Shown here piece by piece: positions 1 through 13,145 of a stretch of 64,000 bases of DNA (its first letter is position 1; every line of letters starts with the position of its first letter). The DNA is from Chara braunii. Lineage: Eukaryota; Plantae; Charophyceae. The notes under the pieces were generated by a model, which saw nothing but the letters and a program-made list of their open reading frames with translations, searched no databases and was not told the DNA's origin. The DNA lies in contig BFEA01000016.1 of the NCBI GenBank assembly GCA_003427395.1, forward strand, positions 2,492,313 through 2,556,312. The letters run 5' to 3'. The translations under genes and the position numbers were made by a program.

Positions 1-1439
1 TCCAGAAATGACATGACCCAGATAGACCACAGAGGGAACCCCAAAGGAGGATTTCTCCCTGTTGATCTTATATTGGTTATTACGTAAGGCCTGGAGAACC
101 AGAGCCAGATGCTGCGCATGCTCCTGGGTAGATAGACTGAATACCAAGATATCATCCAAGTAGACAACTACAAATCTGTCCAGGTAAGGCCTGAGTATGC
201 GATGCATCTCTGTCTGGAAGGTACCTGGGGCATTGCAAAAACCGAATCGCATAACCAGATACTCATAAGTGCCATACCTGGTCTTGAAGGTTGTCTTATG
301 GACATCGCCTTCAGCCATCTCAATCAGGTGGTAGCCAAATTTGAGATCGATCTTACTGAAAATGGTACAGCCCTGCACCATATACAAGATATCATCAATA
401 CGAGGAAGAGGCTCTGTAGACCTCGATAGTCCACGCACATCCTGAACTCACCATTCCCCTTTGGAACAAAGAGAACAGGTGCCCCAAACTCAAATGTGTT
501 GGGCCTGATCCAACCCTTGCTGGTTAGGGTCTCCAACTGTTTCCCGAGCTCATCAAGTTCAACAAGTGACAACTTGTAGACTCGGCCCTTGGGAGGGACC
601 GAACCAGGCAGAATCTCAATCTTATGTTTGGTCTACCTATGGACAAGTCCAGTAGGTTCCTCCATAAGATATGAGAATTGGTCAATGACCTGCAGAATCT
701 GAGAGGGACACGGAGCAGTCTCCACCTCAGTCTGTTTGACATAAGCCACAAACAAACGGGTGTGGTCAGTCTGGCGCGAAAGTCGCAGAAATCTGCGAGC
801 ACTCATGCAGTAACAGCTACTGGCTGGATGGTACTCATCTGCAAGTAAACAAGGGCGATAGACCCCATGCCGGTCAAGTAGCTCAACCCTAGGGATCCGC
901 CAGTCGATCCTAGGATTGGTGGCACCAAGCCACTGCATAGAGAAGACAAGGTCAAAAGGGACATTAGGGAACACATAGAAATTCAGTTGATGCCTGATTT
1001 CTTCCTGCTTATCAAAGGTCATAGGTAGGCCCTTGACAGCAGTAGTGATCCTGACTATGAAAGAGTCTCCAACGCGAACCTCTATAGGCTGTCGCAATTT
1101 CACAAATCTCTGATCCAAGTGCAACTTACTGACTGCCTTGGGAGATATGAAGTTGTGAGTGGCACCACAGTCCAAGAGCCCTTTGATCTTGGTTCCCAGG
1201 ATAGAGGGTCAAAGTAGGATGAGTTCTGACCAACGGTTCTTCCTTTCCTGCAAAGACATGAAAAAATCAATCAGGCACTGAGCATCATCATCCTCCCACG
1301 TCTCATCCAACTCAGAGTCTTCATAAGTGAAAGACCCTGAAGATGCAACTCCAGAAATAAAAGATTCACCTTCATCAGAAAGCGAATCAGCACTGGTGGA
1401 AGGAGCTGTTGCTTTCACCTCTCTCTGCTCTAGTTTTTT
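1..1439 (-). pseudogene. pol: Pol (aspartic protease plus N-terminal RT) of Gypsy element
   Basis: ORFs 1209..1418 and 633..1175 share a frame (DCGATHNF). RT motifs lie in 324..572, and YLDD is near position 150-165. Confidence 0.9.
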
Positions 1440-2987
1440 AAACTAGAACTGCCTGTGGACCTGCGAGGCATGTTGGGACAATCTTTCAAGAAGTGGTCCC
1501 CTTCGCACCTCAGGCAGACACCCTTGTCCTTTCTCTTCCTCCATACCCCCACCTGGATCCTTAGTGCATGCTTGGGGAAGGTGGAAGGATCAAGGGGGTC
1601 AGCTGGCCAGTGGACGTCACGTGGTAGGGGTACTCTCTGGGCACTAGGGGAAGAGGCACATCCCTTACCTTTCCCCTTGCTGCTGGTTGGTGCTTTCTGG
1701 GTTGGGGCCTTGCCCTTAGTTAAGCCCATCAAAGCATCAGTCAGGGCAAGAACAATAGAATCTGCAGCAAATGATGAGGCAGTCCCGGGTGGAGGAGTCC
1801 CACCCTGGGATACTGTATCACTATCTGAACCTGAAGCTGCAACAGCAAACAGGGCACCCTTCCTCCTTCTTCGCCCCTTTGAGTAGGGTCCCTTCCTTCC
1901 TTCAGAAGGTGCTTCCTAGACATGGAGTTTGGACTCTAAGTCCAGGGCTGCTCTACCAAAGGACCGCCAGTCCTTGTGGCCCTGAGAGAACAAGGCTAGC
2001 TGGAAATTGCTAAGGCGCTGCCCTGAGGAAATGAATGAGCAGATCCTGCTCACTCATCTCCAACCCAGGAGTCGATGTGAGACTCTCAAAGGTGGAGTAT
2101 AGTTTGGACAAGGAGCCATCAATTTTCTTTTGGCCCAGACGCAGAATTTTGTCTGCTGCTTTTCTGGTCAGCTCCTTGTCTGCAAACCGGTCCTGCAGTG
2201 CCTGCACAAATCCAGCCACCCCCAGCCTCTGCGCCCAATTAGACATTTCCATCCCCTGCTTGCTGGAGCTAGAGGTGCACCATTCCAGTGTTGTCCTCTC
2301 CAAGCGAGCCACGATGGTACTCACCTTCACATCCTCATCACACTTGAACCCACTCAGGTCGGTTCGTTGTGCAGTTACCCAATCTGCAACATCCACCTTA
2401 GGGTCCTCACCAGAGAATATAGGTGGAGGGGTCAACTTGGGCCGCTGCATGTCAAAAGGAGTTGAGGGATGTGAGGCGGTTGTTGATTTGGGTATAGAGG
2501 GAGGAGATGTGTGTCTGGATTGTGGGGGTGATGAGGGTCTTCCTTGTGAAGGTCCAGGAGATGGAGGAACCGTCAGAGTGGTGAGGATCTTTAAATAAGT
2601 AAAGATCTGATCCAGTTTGGAGGAGATGTCATCCAACTTCTTTGAAAAAGTTGAGTGACTGCTCTCTAGACTGGTAATCCTGTCGTCCCAGTTAGTAAAA
2701 TAAGAACAGTGAAGATCATCCTGCAGGAGGATGAATTCAGCCATATCCTTATTGTACTGACTGGAACTACCACTTGTCCCGATCTTCTCTATATCTGCAA
2801 TCAACAACTTTCTCCTTGCCTCCTTTTGAGCTGCTTTTTCTTTCTTCTTCAGCTCAGCCTTTAGGGACTCAACTGCCTGGGCCTACTGGCAGAGTTTCTC
2901 CTCCTGGGCCCGCAATTCAGCCTCTAAAGGGTCAAGAGGAATCTGAGGCTTCACATCAGAAGCCTCTCCCTTCTCAGCATCTGCCAT
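1430..2987 (-). pseudogene. gag: Gag of Gypsy element, interrupted by stops and frameshifts
   Basis: ATG at 2987 is in frame with ORF 2010..2807 (PPIFSG...VADW, capsid-like). ORF 1430..1732 carries the CX2CX4HX4C knuckle. Confidence 0.85.
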
Positions 2988-5782
2988 TTTAATTTACCCC
3001 ACAATTCAAATAAAATAAAAATAAACAAATAAACAAAAGATAGACAGGAGGTAACAGGAATTGGATTTCCTCTACAGTACTCGTCCAATTACTGTCACCT
3101 GACTGAAGAGAAAAAGTTGGTTAATCTAAGCAAGTGAGTGCTCAGTCTCTGCAGACCGCTTGAGGGTCAGGGTCAGTTTAGAGTAGACTCAGCAAAAATC
3201 ATTTTCACGATTTTCCAATCCCTGCCCTGGCACAACAATTGCATGCGATAAATGCAAATCCTGGACGAATTACTTCCAGGATGCAGTCTTGGACTGATTA
3301 GTAGAGATTATAAGTTAGACAGAATGACTAATTAGGAATAGGCAGGTGTCCACTGATAACCATAATGCAGAGATTTACAGGAAATCCTATTTTTAGACCT
3401 ACCCTGAAGATTTCAAAACTGTATGACCCTGTATGCCATACCCAGGGTATGGCGAATTACAGCTTTCACTGTAATTCGGAACATCAAATTTGACTGTGCG
3501 ATTTCAGACACTGACTGTATACTGAATTGCGATTTACCATGGACTGACATAATTGAATTCTGATGGACAAAATTGAAGTTATGATTAACCCTAGGCTAGC
3601 CAAGCTTCAACTATGGACCCTGAACTCATCAATTCACTACACAGGATGAATCGCAATACTGTAAGGCAGTCACAGATGAAATTTGAGTCAGAAAGGAGGT
3701 CAAACAGGGTTAGTAGAAGTCAAAGATGATAGGTAGAGGAAATTGGCTATGGCTGTCCCACAATTTGAATTTCGATTTTCAGCTGTCAACTCGCTAACAG
3801 ACCATATTTCGCTAATCTAGAAATAGCCCCAGAGTCGCCACACTGAGTAGAGTAAGGAACACACTTACTTCGAGATCAACTTTGAAGAAGATAAGTGAAA
3901 CTCAGGCTATGGCTGACTGGTCAACCTCATCTCGCCAGTTTCAGCTCTTGATGATTCTCAGTGTTCCCACGTACCAAACTTCCTGAAACTTTGTGATCCA
4001 GCAGATTACCCTGAGGCGCTTCAACCCAACTGACAGATTCACTGAATTTGAACTCCCAGGTGCAGATAACTAACAAACTTTGTGCAGCGCCACATCACCC
4101 TGTACAACACTGCTTGGAAATTGGGGATCCTGACCCAATTCCAAAATCGCAACCTCCCGGGATCACTTCCTTGCCAATCGCCAGTGTTTGGAAGAATCGC
4201 CAGGCTAAAAATAGCCTCTCAGAGCCTCCCAGGTCTCTGAGCATCAATCACCACTCACTGTTGCACAACCCTAGGCAGGAGAGTGTCACCCTCTGTCCAA
4301 TTCTTCTCGCCACACACTCACCACCACCACCCTTACCGATAACAACCCTGAAGATGATGAATCGCCATGAAACCCAACTCCGGTATCTCACCGGATGATG
4401 ATGGTTGCTCCAACTCATCAATCACTCCAGAGTCTGGATCCAATCGCTCCGATACCAATTGTTATGATTCAGGTTGTTTGTTGTCAGAAGACCAACACTC
4501 ACTCCCATAGACTTCCATGTATGCCCATACATACGCATAAGGAAGGGGAGAGGATAGAAGTATCACACCGCACAGGGAGAGATAAACACAACGGAAGACT
4601 TGACCATGCGATACGACAAGATACATCGAAAGTCCAATTCACTCCACTCAATCCTCACAACCAGTCATAAAGAAAAGCTGAGTAGATCGCATCCAGGAAA
4701 CAATTAAACGATGATAGTCCAAACCTAGTATCACACCGTTTATTAAACTCGGAGTCTCGAATTGTCAGGATAACCTCAGAACTACAGTGCGTTGCTCAGG
4801 AGTGCGCAGCGCTTCACTCCCCAACCCTGAGTAACCACTTGTAACACCCCCAAGTACTGCCTCCAGAGGACAGCTCCACCCTGAAACAGGCTCTGAGGCC
4901 AAGCGCCACTCAGAGGGTGAAGAAGAAGACCAGCGCCACAGTATCTGATGATGACGAAGTGTCGAAAGACTTCCCAGGTGGAAGTCTGCAGCAGCGCCAC
5001 CACTCCTGACAAGATGACCTCTGAGGAAGAAGCTGCAGCTATGGCTGCAGCGCCACAACCCTGTGACCCCACTCCGGAGGAGGGTCCCGCAGGGCACCAA
5101 CTTCCCTCGCCTCCAGCAGACCTCGATAACCCAGACCTCTGACAGCCCCGCGTGCTGACAGAGTACAGCGCAGGTCCCAGCTATGGCCGGCGCTCCAAAG
5201 ATCTGGCTATGTCTGTCTCCCACAACGCTGAGCCGTCACCACCTCCAGTTCACGCACAGCGCAGCAGCGATGTACTCGGTACCAACTGCCAAAAGCCCTG
5301 AATCGATGTGCCTAACCTATCTATAGACTATCTAGCCTAGACTCGACCTAGACCAGACTGACTGACCGACCGGTACCGATTCTGTTTCGGCCTCTAGGGC
5401 CTCTCCTAACCCGGCTATAGGCTATAGGACCGTCTATTAGCTTAGGCCCATAGGGCCTGTCTGTCCTAGGGGTAGCCCGGGTCTGCTATTCACAGTTAGG
5501 GTAGCTGTAGGAAATTCAGTTAGTACGGGCCTGTATTTTCCCGAATTTACAGATATGTCCCTCACGAATTTTCCTTACAAACAGGTCACTCGGTTAGCCC
5601 TCAGCCAAACAAAATTACGAATCTGTCCTACCTATGGCACAGCCTCGACAGAGAGAGGCTACAGGCGACCAGAAAACAGCAAGTCATTGCACATTGCTGT
5701 CCACATCACACTTGGCACACACATGCACCTTTGCTACTATTGGCAAGCTCGGCACTCCCACCTGGCTGCCAATTTTTTTTGG

Positions 5783-5784
<2 letters not shown>

Positions 5785-5834
<50 letters not shown>
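5785..5834. repeat. (GA)n microsatellite
   Basis: Perfect GA run seen directly. Confidence 0.98.
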
Positions 5835-5837
<3 letters not shown>

Positions 5838-6652
5838 CCTTTTGTAAAACATCGTTTCTGTTTTTTTTTTTTTTTCGGAACGCCCAAAGGGGGGCATTTT
5901 TGCGGTGATGTTGGCCTCTCCTTTTAACATCAAATAACATGTTACCTTCCAGGTTGGCAAATGATGAGAAGACTAAAGCTACTATTGTCAACAACAATGG
6001 TGAGCGATTGCTGAAACCGCTCCCTGGAACTGCAAGGGTGTATCTGACTGGACCTGAGGCCAGGCTCATTTTAAACAGCTGTTGAACAAATCATAGGCAT
6101 CATGGGTGTACCTGAGCGGAGCCCTGCCTTCTATGCAGTGGCATCGAAGGATCACTGAAACAAGAGATTGTTTTTCATGGCCTGAGAAAAGTCACCTAAT
6201 TTTCTGCTGGCTGACACGCTGAAGTTAGTCTCCTCCTAGATCATGGCCCACCGTATTTATTTTGGCCCTTGAGACAGATTCTGCACGCCACGTCAGTGAG
6301 TTTCACCGAGGCACAGATTTGATGGAGAAGATCGTGAAATCAATTGTCCAGGATGCCACCTTGGATTAGTGTTGTGCTGCCGTAGGACCAAAGCTGCCTT
6401 GTCATTCTTACTGGGCTGCCATCATTTTGGCATCCTGTCAAGCATTTTCAGTACTAAATAAAAAGTGGTTATACCCAGTCGATGTGGCTGAATGGTACAC
6501 ACATGTAACTGCTAGTGAGAAGAAGATGAGTTCGAATCATATTGATGGAATTAGATGAACACAATAATCTTAGGGGCCACCCTCTGCCCCATCCCCACGA
6601 ACAAAAGGGAGTTACACTCCCTTTGTAGGGAGCTGAAGAGATCTCATCCCTC

Positions 6653-8120
6653 CTTTTTTTTTTCTGTTTTTTTTATTGAAGAACCTCTTGTTGGGGGAAT
6701 CGTCACTTGAAGTGGTGATAAGAGCATCCTCTTCAAGTGGTTCCCCGGTTGGAGGGCTCCATCTATTAGTGGGAGAAGCAGTTGCTTGAAATGGGTTCCA
6801 GTGTCCCAGTGTTGTACAATGTATAGTATACAAATTGAAGTTGTTGCTGAAGCACATGTCACTATGGTCACTGCGAGGACCAAGGCACCGCCTTTGTATA
6901 TGACTGCCCAGGCTGTGCCTTTTTCCCCTTCTGCCCTGCCTATCTGGCCTACTCTCGGTCATTCCTGGCCGGCAATCGAAGTCGGAGGTCGAGACAACAG
7001 GGGTAGAAGGGTTGGTCCTGTGGCGGGGCGGGGGAAGGGGAGGGGGGTTGGGGGTCGCGGTGGGTGACTGTGAAGGTGCCTGTGGAGAAGGAAGGGGCAG
7101 GGGCAGGCCTGGCGGAGGAGGGGTGGGCGGGTGCTGAAGGGGGTTGCGATCAGGGATGAGGTGGTTGGGGGTTTGGGCACAGTGGGCTGGTGGGATGAGA
7201 ACGGAGTTCGTTGGTCAGTGTTCCAAATGAAAGTGGTGTCTTGGCAGTCTTTCCCACTGTCTCTGTTGTCAGCCGGGGCTGCCACTTAAGAGTGCGGGCA
7301 TTGTCCAGAGTGCATAGTCTCCCATTGCTGTCAGTCCATGTTGTTGTGAAGATATCAAACATGTCTCGTTTTCTGGACTCGTCAGGTTCTTTCCGTAGCA
7401 TGGTTTGCATCTCTCTCTAGGCCTCCTGTGTATTGGCTGTGATAGTGCCAACGATTGTTGCCCGTGCCTGCATAAAGCCAAAGTCACGTTGCTTCCTTAC
7501 GTAAGTGCAGTGCATCCTCCAGGCTGCCATTAGCACTGTTAGTCTGGAGTATGTCAACAGATTGATCATAAAGGGACCAGTCTGTCCCTCCCTCTGGGAA
7601 CCCTCCTAGAATGAGGGTATAGACGTCCCAGGGGAGGTGTATCCCCATGAGATACTGTCAGGCAGCATCCCACCAACTCCAGAGTTGGGTCGCCATCGAG
7701 CAATAATCTAGTAGACAGTGCTCCAAGGTGGCCCTTCTCCACGGTGTGGAGTGGGCGCACTATGTGCAGAGCGGGGAGAGCTGTCCTTATGCTTCGAGGT
7801 CAGTTCTTGTTGTTAGCCAGTCCGGAGTGGGTAGGTATCTGTGTATGATCTGCCCTTGCAATGCTCTGTGGTTGGTTGGTTTGATGGTCGAGAAAGAGGT
7901 CCATCTGAGGCGTCAGAAGTCCCGCTTCTCCAGAGGGGAGTCTCTTTCCAGTGGTGGTGATTTGTTGTGTCACCTGTACAAGTTTCTGGGCTGCCCTGTA
8001 TCCTTTCATCACAGTATACTGCATGGGGCCATTGTCTGAGCCTCTTCCCATGTCCATTTCCATTCGGATCAAAGGGCAGGTCGCTGAGGGGGCTAGATGG
8101 TTCGTAGAGATAAAAAGCCG
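6653..8120 (-). mobile_element. 5'-truncated LINE 3' end (ORF2 C-terminus, 3' UTR, A-rich tail)
   Basis: Minus translation LQGQIIHRYLPTPDWL...LCT*C matches LQ*QIDHRCLPTNDWL...WCKSC of the LINE at ~52.6 kb. AATAAA plus A-tail appears as the plus-strand T-run at 6653-6675. Confidence 0.8.
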
Positions 8121-8143
8121 TCTTTTGTGTCCCCCACTACTTC

Positions 8144-8290
8144 CTTTTTTTTTTATTTTTTTATTAAGGCCAGAATAGATCTATTAGGTAAGGTGTTAGG
8201 AGCATCCTCTCCTATTACACCTAGGATTGGCTGCTCCATCTATTAGTGGGGAGCTGCAGCTGCTGGAAACCAGGTCCAGCGTCCCTCATA
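8144..8290 (-). mobile_element. Second related LINE/SINE 3' tail
   Basis: Shares CCACTAATAGATGGAGC and GAGGATGCTC motifs and an AATAAA/A-tail with the tail at 6653-6800. Confidence 0.55.
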
Positions 8291-11100
8291 ATTACAGAAA
8301 TAAAACAGCATGAGTTCAAAAGTAGAAGCCTGCCTCTTCATCCCATTCTGAGCCGCCGGATCCAATATATCATACTAGCAGTTCTGACTTATGTACCAAG
8401 CATCAATCCAAAACAGAAAATTGGAAATTTGGAATTACAATCACCATGTAACGACTTTTGCAGGCTGGAAATTGTACATCGCTGGGAGAGGAATGCGCTG
8501 CTCGCGCCCGATCAACGCAGCAGGCTTGCGAGGTCAACGGCGAGACTGACTGCCATAGCCATTAGGCTGGTGGTTGGACCGACGTGTTGTAGGTGACGTC
8601 CCATGTCACATACACGTGGAGGAGCGTAGGGTAGGCGGCGGATGAAGGGAAAGGACACGTCAGACAAAATTCATTGTTCTTAGGTGTGCAACTCGCGCAG
8701 CCATAGCTACAAAGCGGATTGTCATTCTCTTTTGTGGAGGATAGTCATGCAAATCGCGCAACAATAGCTATTAGGCAGATTTCCAATGTGTATTGACAAT
8801 CTCTTCTGTGGAGGATAGTCATGCAACTCGTGCAATCATAGCTACAAGGCGTGTAGTAAACAACTGAAGTGACACGATTGTACGCTCATTTTTGTGGGAG
8901 TTTCTAGGGATATTCCAAACATCTAGCGCAGTCCACCGTGTCACAGTGGCTCACGTGGAAGAGCATATTTATTTCTATGTAGGATTATGGGATTCTCTAG
9001 AGATATTCCACAAATTTTGTTCTTATTGTCTTATCACACTGCTGTCTAGTAAGAGGAAGATTAGACGGCAGCGTGGCATTATGATACAGCAGGGAGGGAT
9101 GAGGTGAGGAGGGTTCGGAGGGAGAATAGGTTGAGTCAGAGGGAGAGACAATTGCATGCGGTGATAGGTGAAAGGAGGAGCAATCGTGGCGAACAACTGG
9201 AGAAGACCTACGAAGTTTTGTCAAAGGAGGTCAAACTGAGCTTTCACAGTGAAGTGCTTCCAGCTCTACCTTTCTCACCCTACCCATTTTCTTGTCACTT
9301 TCCCAATACTCTGCCTCCTCACCCCCACCAGCCTTGTCCAACAATTTTTATAACGAAGGTTTAAATTAATTTTGGATTTTTCTTTGTTGAACCGGGTAAT
9401 TTCAACACGAGAAATAATGACTAGGATACTACGTCATCAGCGTGTTCATAAGCAGGTGGAATCCATGCTGGTCTTTCGTGGAGCAATGCATCATTTAGCA
9501 ACAAAACAATTGCATACACCAGTGAAAGCGATGGAAAACCAGCTTTTGGAATCAACTTCTTATGTATTCTCAGATGATGAAGTTCTAACAGAGGAAGAGA
9601 AACAACAACAGAAATGTCGCTCTCTCACATTGACGGATCGGTGGGTAGCCTCGTCTGGGGGGAGAGGGGACAATCATAGTATTCGATGCTCTCCACTAAC
9701 CTCTCTCCTGGCCTCCAATGTGGGTCAAGGAAGTGTGGCAGGGTTGGGATTGGCTAGAAGGATGATGCTCAATTCTCTTTTCACGGAAGAAACGGCCAAG
9801 TTACATCTTCCTTACCTGGCGACAGGGGTTAATGGGGTAAGTGGGAGGGAGCTTTCACTGACTTCAGCCTGAGCAGGGGGACAAGAACTTCAGGCATTAC
9901 CACAATCAGAATTACAAGTCAGCAACGGAAATGTGCCTCATCAATCTGCAGACACAAATGTCAGTGTGATGAGCACTCTTGTCGAGGAACAGGGAGTTCA
10001 GAGTTTACAGTCTCAAGATGGTGCAAATGTCTCAGGTCAGTCACAGAGATAATTAAAGGAAAAATCACAGGTGGGAGGGGATGACGGGGAATTTTCTCCT
10101 CTACAGAGTACCGTAATAAGGGGTGGGANNNNNNNNNNNNNNNNNNNNNNNNNNNNNNNNNNNNNNNNNNNNNNNNNNNNNNNNNNNNNNNNNNNNNNNN
10201 NNNNNNNNNNNNNNNNNNNNNNNAGAGAGAGGAGATTGCAGAAAGGAGGGAGGAAGTCGTGGGCAGGGAAACAGAAAGGGAGACGGCTCAACCGTTGATA
10301 TCCACATGGCTACAAAAGGCCAAAGGTCCGTTCCAAGCAAGAGCACTTGAAGTTAAAAGATCTGGCCCTCAGGCTCAGCCCCTGCTCCTTCCTCTCGCTA
10401 ATATTCCGACTGCCCGTGCATTTTTCCTCTCTAAATTTATCAGTCCCTCAGAAAGCAAAGTTGATGATGATGGGGGGGAAAAATCAATCATCAAAACGTA
10501 CCCGACCCAGAAAGTTGCAGAGAGAGATTTTATTTATCAATCGCATGCAAACAACTGGGTCTTTCACGATGATGCGGCGTACAAATCCACGAATGAAAAA
10601 ATAAAATGGATTTGTAAACGCCTCACGTATTTGAAAGGCAGTCAAGAGGCAGTTAATGAAGATTTTCTAATTCAACCAATCTCTTCGACTACCTTCACGG
10701 TTCAAAGTGTACATATTATGGACAAAAAAATGATGGATGGAAAAAGTTGTGCTGTGATAGATCAGAGGTCCGTATATATCCATGGTCTCCCCAAAAACAG
10801 GGGCCTAACGAAAGACGTAGACAGATGATGAAAGAACATTATTGGGTAGAATTCCGCCACATCCCGATAGAAATTCAGGCAGCCTTTTATATGATTTTGG
10901 GGAGGTTCATGATATAGTTGATTTCATTGATCCGCTTCCAAAGTATGTAGCCAAAAGGGATGATTATCTGATGTTGGCTCTTAATCATCCTTCCAATGTG
11001 CCTTTCAACATAGATGATGTGATCCCTTACCTAATAGGGGGAAGAGAAGATCACATACACACATCCCACAAGTTGCGTCCCTGGTGCTTTCGCTGCAAAG

Positions 11101-12585
11101 CATAGTTGCGGCGCACCTCGGTGCGCGGATTTGCGCACGAATTGCGCACCACGCGCAGCGCACCAAAGCACAGCGCACTTGAAAAATTAGGTCCAAAAAA
11201 AAAAAAAAAAAAGTAAGGTTTCATAATTTCTTAGGGCCCCCAACTCGGCAAAAATGTTAAACTCACCACGCAAGCTCGCAAACCAGCCGCGCCCATGGCC
11301 CAAACTTTTCTTTTGGGTAAGGGCTGCCGAAATTTTAATTTCCGCAGGCCCTTCCCCCAAAAGTTTCAAAATAGCGAGGCACAAAATAGGGATCATTCCA
11401 ACTTTTGTTTTAGGCGGGGTATGAAAGTTGTCCTTCCCGCTGCCTTCTGCAAATCCCACACAGTAGTGGGGTAAGTTCGCAAGAAGGGGTAGTCGCCTAC
11501 TAACGACCTACCCCGCGAAATTTCGCAGAATTCACAAAATACATGTTCCATCGCCAACCGACCACCAATATATGCTGAAGATTGGCGTTCAGGTCCCCAT
11601 GTCGGCAGTTATGGGTCAGGATGAAGATGCCCGTGACTCTCTCGTTTTTTTGTTTTTGTTTTCTTACGAATACTTCAAGTGGGGATGCACAAAAGACATA
11701 GCATATGGCGGTGTATGGTTCCATGTTTTCGNNNNNNNNNNNNNNNNNNNNNNNNNNNNNNNNNNNNNNNNNNNNNNNNNNNNNNNNNNNNNNNNNNNNN
11801 NNNNNNNNNNNNNNNNNNNNNNNNNNNNNNNNNNNNNNNNNNNNNNNNNNNNNNNNNNNNNNNNNNNNNNNNNNNNNNNNNNNNNNNNNNNNNNNNNNNN
11901 NNNNNNNNNNNNNNNNNNNNNNNNNNNNNNNNNNNNNNNNNNNNNNNNNNNNNNNNNNNNNNNNNNNNNNNNNNNNNNNNNNNNNNNNNNNNNNNNNNNN
12001 NNNNNNNNNNNNNNNNNNNNNNNNNNNNNNNNNNNNNNNNNNNNNNNNNNNNNNNNNNNNNNNNNNNNNNNNNNNNNNNNNNNNNNNNNNNNNNNNNNNN
12101 NNNNNNNNNNNNNNNNNNNNNNNNNNNNNNNNNNNNNNNNNNNNNNNNNNNNNNNNNNNNNNNNNNNNNNNNNNNNNNNNNNNNNNNNNNNNNNNNNNNN
12201 NNNNNNNNNNNNNNNNNNNNNNNNNNNNNNNNNNNNNNNNNNNNNNNNNNNNNNNNNNNNNNNNNNNNNNNNNNNNNNNNNNNNNNNNNNNNNNNNNNNN
12301 NNNNNNNNNNNNNNNNNNNNNNNNNNNNNNNNNNNNNNNNNNNNNNNNNNNNNNNNNNNNNNNNNNNNNNNNNNNNNNNNNNNNNNNNNNNNNNNNNNNN
12401 NNNNNNNNNNNNNNNNNNNNNNNNNNNNNNNNNNNNNNNNNNNNNNNNNNNNNNNNNNNCAGGGCGCAACTCCCTCAGCGCGCGCACCTCACTAGGTACT
12501 GCGCACAGTGCGCACGCTGTCGTTCCAGCGCACAGCGCAGTGCACCGCCCCGCCCCGCACTGCGCACTGGTGCGCCGCAACTATG
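11101..12585. mobile_element. Non-autonomous hAT-type DNA transposon (interior partly N-gap)
   Basis: 17-bp TIRs CATAGTTGCGGCGCACC / GGTGCGCCGCAACTATG. Perfect 8-bp TSD CTGCAAAG (11093-11100, 12586-12593). Many subterminal GCGCA motifs. Confidence 0.9.
11732..12459. other. Assembly gap (others at ~10129-10223, 14054-14123, 28790-28933)
   Basis: N runs. Confidence 0.99.
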
Positions 12586-13145
12586 CTGCAAAGCCTATGG
12601 GCATCTCTTTCTAGATTCCTTCTGCGCACATAACCCCTCTCGCAAACAGAGAGCGACAGGGAGGTTGATCAGGGACCCGTTCAAGGCTAACCTGTGGAGA
12701 ACTATTGACACGGTGTGAAGAAACCCGGGGAGGGAACCGTCTGCCCGCCGCGAAAGCCAAGGACAGCGGCGTCTGTCACCCGCCGTGCCCACTTCGAAGG
12801 TCTTCGACGGCAGAACAGGGAGTGGGTGTTGAATCTCGCGTTCTCCCCCACTATGAAGTGGGGTTAAGTGCCCTTCCCACAACACAGCGAATTGAGAAAA
12901 ATAATTGCCAACATAAAACATTCAGTTTCATTCCACCGTTATCAGAACATAGAAACATGCTGGAATTTCTGCCTTAAATCAAATATATCGACTTTGCAGG
13001 CAGATTAGGAATCGAGGCTAGGAGCATCCCTTAACGCTTCACTTTCGTTTCTCTGTTATCCCCCTTAGTTTGATGTTGCTTGTGTTGTTGCCCTGTTCCT
13101 AAATTGTTTCTTTTCGGACAAGTATAAGGGAAATATAATAAATGC

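Larger units (their letters stand above)
1..5551 (-). mobile_element. Ty3/Gypsy LTR retrotransposon (decayed, runs off the left edge of the window)
   Basis: Minus-strand order gag, CCHC knuckle (CLRCEGDHFLKDC), protease (LLDCGATHNF), RT (GAPVLFVPK, RMCVDYRGL, VVYLDDIL). A long non-coding leader/LTR plausibly starts TGTAAA at 5551; the partner LTR is outside the window, so this boundary is tentative. Confidence 0.9.
9372..12713 (+). pseudogene. LINE ORF1 remnant with zinc knuckle split by a DNA transposon
   Basis: ORF pieces 9372..9872, 10259..10828 (SVYIHGLP) and 10842..11105. Removing the insertion and one TSD copy restores WCFRCKAYGHLFLDSFC. Confidence 0.7.

Noticed and set aside
3826-3840. 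PBS-like TGGCGACTCTGGGG on the minus strand for the first Gypsy element
   Set aside because: It is not directly preceded by an LTR-terminal CA, and the partner LTR is unavailable to confirm it.
5555-6500. Possible host exon or ORFs
   Set aside because: The ORFs are driven by the (GA)n repeat or are short with stops, and show no recognisable domain.
8685-8850. Short imperfect 60-75-bp tandem repeat
   Set aside because: Only 2-3 degenerate units and no further structure.
11572-12718. ~300-aa ORFs in the track
   Set aside because: Artefacts of translating through N-gaps.
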